NCBI GenBank assembly: GCA_964016885.1
Contig: OZ024740.1
Location: 270,692,001 to 270,756,000 of the forward strand
DNA: 64,000 nt
Source of the DNA: Eledone cirrhosa
Taxonomy: Eukaryota
Direction: 5' to 3'
This document shows, in pieces, positions 36,679-49,069 of this stretch. A program made the translations under genes and the position numbers. The notes below the pieces were generated by a model that ran no database searches, had not been told where the DNA came from, and was given only the letters and a program-made list of their open reading frames with translations. Numbering within the stretch: position 1 is the first letter of the stretch; each line of letters opens with the position of its first letter.

Positions 36679-36804
36679 TATGAAAAGATTCAGGACCCCA
36701 ATGGTTGAGCTCTAGCCATTTCAACAGCCGGATCTGGACTCGGGTTCGGATCTAGCTGTCAAAATGGCCAGAGCTCAACCGTTGGAGTCCTGAATCTGTT
36801 CATA
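36679..36804. mobile_element. palindromic (foldback) MITE, TA-flanked
   Basis: ~60-bp imperfect arms TGAAAAGATTCAGGACCCCAATGGTTGAGCTCTAGCCATTT / AAATGGCCAGAGCTCAACCGTTGGAGTCCTGAATCTGTTCA. Confidence 0.7.
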
Positions 36805-37547
36805 CTACCCACTCTACTACCCCAAGTATCTAGTACTCTGGTGGGTTATGGTCTACCTGGTTTTTACCACACCCTATCTGAATATATATATATATACACA
36901 GGCACACACATACATATATACATATTTTGAGGCTGTGAAAAAATTCCTTTGTTCACACTTTGAATGTACCCAGCAAAACTCTGGCCAATTGATCTTCCTC
37001 TTTTTTGAGAAAGGTCACATGACCTCACTGCCAGGTTTACTGCTGTGGTAGACTGACACACTGCTGTCTAGAAACCCGAAAGAATCGGATACATGGAAGG
37101 TAAAACCTATTGAAGAAGGGATAGCCCCATCAAAAGATACATCATTGACTTGCATATACATTATGCAACTTGGAATGTATCTCTCCAGAATACCAGAAAC
37201 CTATCAAAGATTTTTTATGATTTTTATCGATTTATGGTCCAGGTTAGTGTTTGACCTGTTTGTATATATCAATGTGGTTGGATTATTGTAACAATATGCT
37301 TTTGGTCTCCTTATTCTTGGTGTCACAATTCTTTGACTTTTTGTGTTTACCCTGGGTGGAAATATATTAATTCCTCACTCATTGAGTGCTTCATGACTGC
37401 ATCTTATAATTAGATGAACATCTGCTACAGTGCAGCTGCAACTTCGGTTATACTCATTATTATATATATAACCATTCATGGGTTGAAAACGTGTTCTCAA
37501 GTATGGTTTATTAATTACTCTGGAATTAACTCTCTCTCTCTATATAT

Positions 37548-37549
37548 AT

Positions 37550-37584
<35 letters not shown>

Positions 37585-39725
37585 TTTACGTCCGCTTTTC
37601 CCTGCTTGCAAGGGTGGGACGGGTCTTATTCAGCACAGCATCTCTCCACTCGTCATGGTCCTTCGTCATCTCCACAGTGAGCTTCAATGATCTGAGGTCT
37701 GTTCTCACCACCTCCGCCCATGTTTTTCATGGTCTACCTCTACCACGTCTTCCTTCAACTGGCATTTCCTGGCATTTCTTCACCCATCGGTCATCCTCCA
37801 TGCGCATCACATGTCCATACCACCTCAGTCTCCTCTCCCGTACACTACATTCTATCCCTCTCAGACACAGTTTCTCTCTCAACACATTTATGCTGGGTCA
37901 TTCACGCACATTTACACTGCACATCCAACGGAGCATGCTTGCCTCATTTCTCTCCAGCCGTCGCATATCCTCTGCAGTTGCTGCCCATGTCTCACAACCA
38001 TGCAGCATCGCGCTCCTCACACAGGCATCATACAACCAGCCTTTCGTACGCAGGGAGAAACCCTTCTTCATCAACAGAGGAAGCAGCTCCCTAAACTTCT
38101 TCCAACCCGTCCTTATTCTAGATACTATGGCCTCCGAACACCCTCCTCCCATGCTAATCTGATCTCCTAGGTACCGGAAGCTATCCACCACTTCTATAGC
38201 ACCCTCCTGCATCTGAAAAATGTGTCTATCAATGCAACTTCTACTGTCTAATTTCCCTGTACATCTACTGCATACATATTTCTCCCAACCTGTTAGTTTG
38301 CCTGCTATCCTGCTACATCTCTTGTGTACCCAGGATCTGCATTGTGTGCATTTTATAGAATTTATGCCAGTTCCTTTTGTGCATATCGAACATGGCCATT
38401 TCCCTGACGGAATCAGAGTTTTGTCCTCTTTTCTACTCATCAACACTTTTGTCTTAGCTAGGTTCACTCTCAGTCCTCTTGCTTCCAACTGCTGTTTCCA
38501 TAGCCAGAATTTATTCTCTAGCTCCTCTACTGATTCTGCTATAAGAACCAGATCGTCAGCATAGAGAAGTTCCCATGGACAGCCAGTCTTAAACTCCTCT
38601 GTTATGGCTTGGAGGACTATAATGAACAAGAGCGGGCTGAGGACCGAACCTTGATGTACTCCTACTTGTATCTGGAATTCCTCACTAAACTCCATTCCTA
38701 CCCTGACTTTACTGGGAGTACCTCTGTACAAAGTTTGCACTGTCCTCACAAGCCATTCCTCAACACCTAGCTTCCTTAGGGACCACCAGATGACAGATTG
38801 GGGTACCCTATCAAAGGCCTTCTCTAGGTCAACAAAGGCTAAGTATAGTGGCTTATTTTTCTCTAAGAACCTCTCTTGCAATTGTCTCACCAAGAAGAGG
38901 GCTTCTGTTGTACTCTTCCCAGGCACAAAACCAAACTGCATCTCATCTAGTTTGACCCTTTCTCTAATTAGTTGTGCTAATATCCTTTCTGCCACTTTCA
39001 TAACCTGATCCATCAGTTTTATACCCCTATAATTGCTCCTCTCCAGAGCATCCCCTTTACCTTTGTAGCAATTTATGAGAATACTGCTGCACCAGTCTTT
39101 GGGTATGACACCTCCATATACAGCCTGATTGATGATGCGTGCAACCAGTTTAGTGCCTACGTCCCCTGATGCCTTCAGCATCTCAGCAACTATTCCCGAT
39201 GGTCCAGCAGCCTTACCATTTTTCATTTCCCTAATCACCTCTTGGACCCTATATTCGTCAATCTCAATAGCTGGTCCCTCTGTCGGATCTACTAAGGGTA
39301 ATTTCTCTCTCTCCCATTCGTTCTCCACATTCATCAGTCTCTCATAATGACATTTCCAGGCCTCCTTTTTCTGATCATTCGTGACACTAAGTACACCGGC
39401 ATCATCCCGGACACATTTATCTCCAACAACATCCTGATTTGCATTGACACACTGCCTTGCAATGTGGAACACCACACGCCTCTGATCTTCCTGTTGCAGA
39501 ACATTGGCAAACCTCCTACTCTCCGCCTCCCTGCGTGCTAATTACATCTGACGTCTAGCTTCACTCTTAGTAGCTGTATATTCTTCCCTACTCCCACCCT
39601 TTTTCCAAGCCTTCCATGCTAGTCTTTTGTCTCTAATGGCCTTATCTACTGTGCTGTTCCACCACCAGGTCACTCTCAAGTTTCATCAGTAGTCTGCAGC
39701 AAGTTGTCACGTAAGAAATTCCAGT
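37548..39725 (-). mobile_element. 5'-truncated RTE LINE family A copy
   Basis: 525-aa minus ORF nearly identical to LINE 1-2638; premature stop at 37898; (TCA)n on the + strand; small deletion near 39677. Confidence 0.95.
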
Positions 39726-39811
39726 TATTATATATATATATATATATATACATAAATTCCAGTTATTATATATATATATATATACATATATATATACACA
39801 CACACACATAC

Positions 39812-39869
<58 letters not shown>

Positions 39870-39982
39870 ATATATATACATACACGCACATAATGTGTCC
39901 ACAACAAAAAGCCCTTTTCTCTGTAATGATGTGAATAGTTTTGTAAACAATACTAATCTTTTATTTATTTTTAAATTTCTAG

Positions 39983-40184
39983 ATATATTACCCCAAGAGC
40001 ACTCGAAACTGTTATTTTGAAATTTGAACCTGATATGAATGAATTTGCAGTTGAAAAGTTATTGTGTTGGTGCTTTATGTCAAAAAAGGAATCCTTACCA
40101 AAAACTGAAGGCCTACCACAATCTGTTATGCTATCAAGACTTAACCATGCAAATATTAGATTCTCTAAATTTATAATTAATTAA
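39983..40184 (+). CDS. TSNAXIP1: terminal coding exon of the TSNAXIP1-like gene ([32 protein letters not shown]...[16 protein letters not shown])
   Basis: Acceptor tttttaaatttctag; a phase-2 start gives 66 open codons to TAA 40182-40184; resembles the TSNAXIP1 C-terminus (...IDP......Y....F...L.RL...I.R, from memory). Confidence 0.7.
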
Positions 40185-40277
40185 GAATACCTGTTAATAC
40201 AATACTTTATATCATCACAAATCTCAAAAGACCTTTCAATATTATATTATCAGATCATAAAATGGTGTAAGTATGGT

Positions 40278-40283
40278 AATAAA
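40278..40283 (+). terminator. polyadenylation signal
   Basis: AATAAA about 94 nt after the stop, followed by a GT/T-rich tract. Confidence 0.5.
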
Positions 40284-43200
40284 TGTTGTTTTTTTTTATT
40301 TTTATTTGAATGAAATATTTTGAATATTTTCAGTTTTCTTTTTTTTCCGAGCTTCATATTCATTTCCAGGCATAGCTTGCTTTGACATTATGGTGTTGCA
40401 GGAAACACATGCTTGAGGCTACAGCAATTATCTTCTCTAGATAAACATGAAGCAAAAAATAGTAAAGAAAATGGTATATTTTATCAAGGGTATTAACAAC
40501 ATGCAACTTAAGATTTCTTGAGGAAATGGCAAATTGCAAACAAGCTATAACATTCATGCCTTTAAAAATATGTTAGTGACTGAATGTATTTATGGTAACA
40601 TAACACATAATTGTTATATTTATGTCTTTTCCAAATAATGTATCTCATCCAAAGAAGATAGCTGCAGCTAAAAATTGAATCCAAATAATTATTTGCTCAG
40701 CTTCCCAGCTCTTAACACATGACTATTGGTCAGGTGTTATTTAAGGTTGGATGAATGTGTTGACATTTTCTGCTTCATAATTAAGTATGAGAAGCATGCA
40801 ATTTTTCTTTACCAAAGTATGCAACAAAATAACAATGGCATTCTGTTGTCCTTTTATGTAAAGTGCAATCACATGCTTCCCAATTATTTTTTATTGTTGA
40901 CATGATATTTTGATCAGTAATTCAGCTTGTTAGCTGCATGATTTACAACCAGGTGATTCACTAAATGTTAATATTAAAATCAAAAATTCTAGAATAAGAG
41001 GATGAGAACAATTATTTTAATTAAGACAAAAATTAGAATGTATTTCTATATTCTGTAGGATTACAGTTAGCTGAATCTATAAGAACTACCAATCGTTTAT
41101 ATACTGCTCCTGACATAAAACTGCTTCTATGGTGAATATACTTAAAATTGACTAGCTTAATTCAACTAGTAAATGGCTAGCAATGTTTGTTTTTTTTACT
41201 TTATAGTCCATATCATATACTACATTACAAAGAATAGCTTTCATATATATACATTTTGAATAGAAACTAGTCAATGTTTTGCAAGCACTTGGTGATTTGA
41301 TAGGGTTTCACACATCTAAGGAGTTGCAGGTATATGTTTCATGACTGTATAATGATACTTGATTCTCATCTGCTCATACAACAAAGCTTTAATAGATACT
41401 CTAGGGTGATATTGGTCTGTATCAGCCTTTGCATTTCTCTTGGACATTGGTGACATGGAGAGGGGAGACTGATATGCATGGGTGACAATCAACCTTGTCC
41501 GGACTTGTGTCTCAAAAGGGAACTTTCTAGGTGCATATCACATGGTCATTCATGACTGAAGAGGGTCTTTACCCTTAGTTACTAGCTTGCAACCAGAGAG
41601 CCACCACTATGAGCCTTCCTCTCAGATGAAAGACAAGAGTGCAAAAGATTAAATTCTTCCCACCTCACAGCAACATAGCTAATCAATTGCTTCTAGGAAC
41701 TTACTTATAGAGTAATTGTTGCTGATGGTGATAATCAGAAGTTTCTTTGGATTTCAGATTTTACCCTGACAATGAGTTGACTTGTTTGAATCCTACTAAG
41801 TATTTACTTTGACTTTTATTCCGCTAGGATTAATAAATAAGTACCATCTTGTCTGTGGGTCACAGCTGAAACATCACTCTGACCTGGATGTAGAGAGGGT
41901 CACCCCCCCCCCCCCATTCTTGCTTTGTCTAGTAGTCCTTGCTCTTCCCCACATTTTCCTCTTATTTATGGCATTTACAGCCTTTTCCAATGCTGCTTTC
42001 ATTTTCTGTATGTTTAACCAATTTATCCACAATAAATACTAATAAGTACCAGTTATGTACTCAGGATGTTACTACCTGCATCCAATTTAGAATCGGCACA
42101 TCATATCCCTGCATTTTTCAATAAAATTGTTGGCACCAGAAAGGACCTAGAACCATAAAACTTTCACTATTTTATATTCACAATTGCCTTGTATTGTATA
42201 TACGCTGGGTTGCTTGAATTTCCTATATTTATTCTATAAACTATGAGGTCATGTACTAAAGTTATTAATAACACATATTTTGCAAAGCATAATATTATAT
42301 TTCCATGACACCCATTTCTAGTGCTTTATATGATTCAGAATGTTATTGATATATGAGAAATTTTAATGGAATTTAATTCATGTATCATTATGGATATTAT
42401 TTTGTTTTTATTCTGATTTTGATTGATGCAATATGGAAGAAATTTTTTGTAACTTGGAAAGAACATTGCAGTTATAACTTAATACTGAATAATACTTCCC
42501 AAAGAAATTTCTAATCTTGAGATTTAATCATGATGGACCGAGTTTTCTAAATTATAATATTTTCCAGATATTTTTCAAAACTTTCTACAGTGGGTGGATA
42601 TGATTGTGTGTTGAAGCACAGGAAGGGGTGTAGTAATACATTGATGATACAAATGAAATAAAGAATAATCATAACACAGAGCAGAATATAAATGCATTTC
42701 TTTTATTCATTCAAACTGAATATTATTGAGTTCTTACTTCAAAGTTTCTAAAGGAAAAGATTATCATATAATTAATATGCAAATTAAAGCAATTTCAAAC
42801 TACAATTGGCTTTTTGGTTGTCTTTCTTGCCTTTTTGTGAACCTGTAAAGATGTTTTGAAAGTGCCAGCTGAATTATGTTGAAAGAATTATGGAAAGAAT
42901 TGTAGTCCACTAAATAAGACAAGACCAAAATCTCTATGTGGTCACACAAGTTGCTAGAAATAGTAGCCAGATCTCACATCAGGCCCTAGTTTTTTTTTAA
43001 TGTAGTCCAAAGTTCTATATCTCAAAAAATGATGACTAGATGATTGCAGTTGTAATGTCTTTCACCATATATCTGTTAAATCAAAACTCACTTGGTATTA
43101 AACTTCTTCCTCTTCACCCACTTATTCCTGAGAGGGTCATGGGGACAGAGCCCTCAAACACTCCATCCAGTAGGTCCTGTCAGAAGCAACCGTCTCTGAT

Positions 43201-43747
43201 TGATCTGGCTGGATCACCAATCATGACCAGCCATCATCATCATCATTGTTCTGGGTCACCTGCCGGTTTGTTTTACCCATAAAATCTGTCCAGTGTGATT
43301 CTTTCCTTAGACATTCTAACCACATGCCCATAGTATCGGAGTTAAACAACAACATTAATTAATAGGTATTTTTTAATGGTAGAATCATTAGAGCTTTGGA
43401 TAAAATGCCTTTGACATTTGTCCTGGATCGTTATGATCTGAGTTCAAATTCCACTATCAGCTTTGCTTTTCATCCTCCCTACGTTGATAAAATAGTTGAA
43501 TTGTATTTTATCTTCTCACCCCAATTTCTGGCATTGTTCCTGTATTCAAATTGACTAAATAACTATTTCTATCAAACATTTTTCAATATCATTTTTTTTT
43601 AAATATTTAGTATGTCAAAAGTATTGGACCATCATATTATTTTCAGTCTTTCAAAGTGATCAAAATTTCATGAATGTATTTCTTGGCAGTGTAATTACTG
43701 ACTAATCAATATCGTTTTCAATGATATTCTTTTTTAATTACTAAATA

Positions 43748-44165
43748 TTCTTGTATAAAACTGTAGAGTTCTTATATAAAACTGTAAAGTTCTTATATAA
43801 AACTATAGAGTTCTTATATAAAACTGTAGAGTTATTGTATAAAACTATAGAGTTCTTATATAAAACTATAGAGTTATTGTATAAAACTATAGAGTTCTTA
43901 TATAAAACTGTAAAGTTCTTATATAAAACTATAGAGTTCTTATATAAAACTGTAGAGTTATTGTATAAAACTATAGAGTTCTTATATAAAACTATAGAGT
44001 TATTGTATAAAACTATAGAGTTCTTATATAAAACTGTAAAGTTCTTATATAAAACTATAGAGTTCTTATATAAAACTGTAGAGTTATTGTATAAAACTGT
44101 AGAGTTCTTATATAAAACTATAGAGTTATTGTATAAAACTATAATTCTTGTATAAAACTGTAGAA
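43748..44165. repeat. 21-bp minisatellite, about 20 copies
   Basis: TATAAAACT(A/G)TA(G/A)AGTT(C/A)TT(A/G) repeated. Confidence 0.95.
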
Positions 44166-45569
44166 TTTTTGCAGAAGTAATTTCTGTGAATGAAATAGTT
44201 TGGCCCAGTATTAATTTGGTCACTACATATTAGTAATAGTAGCAAAAAGTATGGATAAGTGGGTATGTAAATTTTAGCAAATTTAAAGCCCCTGCTTTAC
44301 ATAATTATACACTGTGCTGTGTTATAGAGTTCCACTAGAGTTAGAGATTAAAGAATATAAAAGAAAAGAAACCATGTCATGTAGCAGCATTGTGGAGGCA
44401 TATTTGCTTGATACCCCAAGAGACTACAACTCACACTCATTTTGGTTTGTTCTTGCCAGTGAGAAACTGTTGTGCTCCCCATTCCCTCTAATAATTTACA
44501 TAAGCTAAGCAACAATTTAAAAAGGTTGTCTTGCAGACAACCTTCATGATTATATACATCTGCACCATTTAAAGAAATGCTTTTGTAGTGGTGGTTGAGT
44601 AACTATGAAGGTTGCTATGATCACTAATGATCGACAGCAGAAAGAGAGTGTGTGTGTGTGGAGAGGGAGAACAAACTACATTCAAATATTAATCGTAAAC
44701 AGAAAATTTCGATAACATTTTGGTTAATATAGCATAAAATATTTTTCAATTAAGTAACAAAATTTAGTAGACTGCTCATTAGAGTGTAGCATAATTTGAC
44801 ATTTGCCATTTTCCTTCTTTTCTTACAATTAAATCTGCATTCTTAGCTGTTTTAAAACTAGATTCCCAATCATTACCATTTGTTGTATTGCCTTTGTTAA
44901 TCATGCAGCAACAATCGATGGATTTCACTCTTATATTATGTATATGTGACATAATTGGAAATGTTTTCTATTGAAGACTAAGAAGTTTCTTACAATGTCA
45001 TTTTTATATTCTTATTGCACCAAAAGAAAATATTAAGGTTTATAGTTGAGTAAAAACTATATGTTGTTTTTTAGTTGTTTTTGTCAAATTTGGATACACA
45101 TCTTTCCACGCTAAACGAACTTATTGAAACTCACAAACTTTAAATGATTTATAGCTGATGCAGACCAGTAGTAGCTTCATTGGGCTTTAGTTTTCATTTG
45201 TTATTTTCTTTTTAAATATGGCTATTTCTACATTATTTTCAATTTATATAACAAACTACGTTCTTTTTTTATAGTGAATGAAAACGACTAAAGGGTAAGT
45301 AAATAGAATGCTGCTTGTTTAAGGAAGTGTAACCTTGCACTATGATACATCTCTTTGCAAACACAATATAACAGATTCGAAACGTTTTGCAACCTATTAA
45401 TTTGTTATATTATTCTAAAATGTTCAAGTCATTATTCCTTTCTTAGAAACTGTAAAGTTCTACTTACTTGACTGAAACTTTCCTCCAATAATCGCAAATA
45501 ACTCGAATCTAATAGATTCGTTTGATATATATATATCAAATGATATGTATATATATATATATATACATG

Positions 45570-45600
<31 letters not shown>

Positions 45601-45662
45601 ACATATATATATATATACATATAATATAAGATCAAAAGATGGTTAAAAGAGTTCCATGTATT

Positions 45663-45725
45663 TTATTATGCGCATTTCAAAAACAAATATCATCATGCGA
45701 TGACATTTGCGTTTTCGTCAGATAA
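45663..45725 (-). ncRNA. type-I hammerhead ribozyme motif
   Basis: Minus strand: UUAU-CUGACGA-AAAC GCAAAUGUCAUC gcau GAUGAUAUUUGU UUUU-GAAA-UGCGCA-UA^-AUAA. Confidence 0.75.
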
Positions 45726-45866
45726 TATAGGGAGACATGATATTAAGGTTAAAAAACACTTGTGAATAGTGCAGTTTTAAATCAACATATAAAAAGTAAT
45801 TTAAGATTGATGTGTGATATTGTGAAAAAATGAGGGGGGGTTGCAAGGATGAAAAAGAGGAGATAC

Positions 45867-45897
<31 letters not shown>

Positions 45898-45906
45898 CAT
45901 ATATAC

Positions 45907-45942
<36 letters not shown>

Positions 45943-45943
<1 letters not shown>

Positions 45944-48143
45944 TCATCATCATCATCATCATCAACGTTTAACGTCCGTGTTCCACGCTTGCATGGGTTT
46001 GGACGGGGGTTTTCCCACTTGAGGCAAGAGTGATTGTCTTGTTCGCATAGGACTGTCTGGCGGGTTTTCTACAGCTGGATGCCCTTCCTAACACCAACCA
46101 CATTTACAGTGTGGAATTGGAGGTTTTTACCGTGTTGCCTACATGGCCACATTACAGCGTGGACTGTCTGGCGGGTTTTCTACAGCTGGATGCCCTTCCT
46201 AACACCAACCACATTTACAGTGTAGGGCTGGGAGGTTTTTACTGTGTTGCCTACACGGCCACATTACAGCGTGGACTGTGTGTTTTTTGTCGTGACACCT
46301 ACACGATCTCATTTGTTTCGGCCTGGATGTTGTGGCACCAACATAACTTTACATTGAACGGGGCGGTGTGGATGGGGTGGGGGTGGTGAGACGGGGGTGT
46401 GTTTTGTTAGAGATGCCTACTGACTGTAGTAGGTTTTACTTTGTATTTTAGGTAAGGCGGGTCTTCTCTATTACTGAGTACCGCCAAAGGTCTCGGTCCA
46501 GTGACATTGTCTTGGAGAGGTTTAAGCGTGTGAGGTCGGAATTAATCATGTCGTCCCAGGTTTTTCTGGGTCTGCTTACTCCGTGGCTACCGTCTATCTT
46601 TATTGCCCTGCACTTTGTTATACAGCTGTCGTCTTTCATGCGCATCATGTGACCATACCAACGTAGCCTTCTCTCGAGTAAACAACATCTGATCCCTCTT
46701 ATTTCTAATATTTTCCTTAGTTCGTTTATGCTTAGCCGTACACGTATATTACTATTACACATCCAGCGGAGCATGCAAGCTTCGTTCCTCTCTAGTCTGC
46801 GTATATCCTCTGCACACAATGCCCAGGTCTCACTGCCATGCAGCATTGCTGTTCGTATGCAGGCATCATATAACCTGCCTTTCATTTTTAGGGAGAACCC
46901 TTTAGCGGCTAATAGTGGTATAAGCTCTCTGAACTTTTTCCATCCAGTTCTGACTCTAGCTACTGTACTTTCAGAGCACCCTCCCCCACTGCTGATTTTG
47001 TCACCCAGGTAACGGAAGCTGTCCACTATTTCTATAGAACCCTCTGCGCAATTGAAAGAGCTAGTATTTGTGGACACTTGCTGCTACTTATTGCACCAGA
47101 GCACCGGCCACATGTAAAATCTATGTTCTTAGTTAGCTTACCTGTGATCCCACTACATCTTTTATGCACCCATACTTTGCATTTGGGACATAAAATGGAG
47201 TTCTACCTACGCCTTCCCTACACACTGAGCATGGTCATTTCCCGGAAGGGACCGCCGCCTTATTTTCTTTCCTACAAACTAGAACTTTAGTCTTAGCCAG
47301 GTTAATTTTAAGGCCTTTTGATTCTAGGCCGTGCTTCCATGTTTGGAATTTCTAAGAACAGAGCCCTGATGGACACCAACTTTTATGCTAAACTCTTCAC
47401 TATATTCGTTGTTAATTCTAACCTTGCTGACTGTTTCTTTATACATAGCTTGTATAGCTCTCACTAGCCATTCGTCAACACCTAGTTTTCTAAGAGCCCA
47501 CCAGATAATGGAACAGGGGACTCTGTCGAAGGCTTTCTCCAAGTCAACATAAGTTAAGTATAGGGGTTTACCTTAGCTAGGTACTTCTCCTGTAGTTGTC
47601 GTACAATGAAAAGAGCGTCTGTGGTACTTTTGCCTGACACAAACCCGAACTGCATTTCATCTAGGTCAATTCTCTCTCTGATTAGTTGCGCTATTACTTT
47701 TTCCGTGACCTTCATGACCTGGTCGATTAATTTAATGCCTCTATAGTTACACCTATCTAGGGCATCTCCTTTACCCTTGTAACAGTTAATGATGATGCTG
47801 CTATGCCAGTCCTTCGGAACAACCCCATTCTGTATGACTTGGTTTACTATCCGGGTGACCATGGTGTGTCCCACCGTTCCAGAGGCTTTCAGCATCCCAG
47901 CAACTATTTCTGAAGGCCCAGCCGCCTTACCCGTCTTCATATCTTTGATTGCCTTACTTATTATACTACCTTCGACTAACACTGCTGGTCCCTCTATTGG
48001 GTCGATGTGGGGGAGACTATCTTTCTCCCATTTATTCTCCTCATTTAGAAGCCTTTCGTAGTGACACTTCCAAGCTACCTTCTTATCAGCGTCAGTGATG
48101 GCAAGTATGCCATCATCATTAAGTACACACTTCTCCCCGACAA
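45943..48143 (-). mobile_element. 5'-truncated RTE LINE family B copy with internal deletion
   Basis: Minus ORFs 47554-48168, 47324-47542 and 46448-47077; 3' UTR with a duplicated segment; (TCA)n on the + strand. Confidence 0.92.
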
Positions 48144-48147
48144 TATA

Positions 48148-48257
<110 letters not shown>

Positions 48258-48451
48258 GAGGTTATATTTAATTTGTTGGGATACAACCAGAATGGTTGCA
48301 TTTTTTAAGGGTATGTCAATATTTATTTATAAAACTAACCTATATTATATTTTATCTGATGAAAGCGCACCATATTTTGCTCTGGTGGCCCTTGAAATAT
48401 GTATAATGAAATAAATATGGTTTTATAAATATAGTTTCCATTTGTTAATAT

Positions 48452-48527
<76 letters not shown>

Positions 48528-48548
48528 TATACATATATATACATATAT

Positions 48549-48801
48549 GACACAGAGAAAACTGAGGTTGGCTGGACATGCTCACCGACATCCAGAGTTG
48601 ACATTGCACTCAGTGCTCCTTTGGGAGCCCCTACATGGACACACTAGAAGAGGAAGACCAAGGTTAACATATGTTGATGCCCTAAGGACAGACACTGGTC
48701 TGTTGGAGATGCAGGATATGGCAGCGATAATGAGGGACAGAGACCGCTGGAGAGAGCTCGTCCATGGATCTCGGGAATTTTACCCGCCTTAGATAGATAG
48801 A
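48549..48801 (+). mobile_element. 3' end of a third LINE family with (TAGA)n tail
   Basis: RKLRLAGHAHRH...[11 protein letters not shown]...RDRWR; same 3' end as 61000-61245. Confidence 0.8.
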
Positions 48802-48804
48802 TAC

Positions 48805-48859
<55 letters not shown>

Positions 48860-48864
48860 TATAC

Positions 48865-49037
<173 letters not shown>

Positions 49038-49069
49038 TATATACATATATATATATAAACGTTTGAATA

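Noticed and set aside
43741-44223. ORFs of repeated LYKTIEF / VLYKNS heptads
   Set aside because: By-product of a stop-free 21-bp minisatellite; no splice or homology support.
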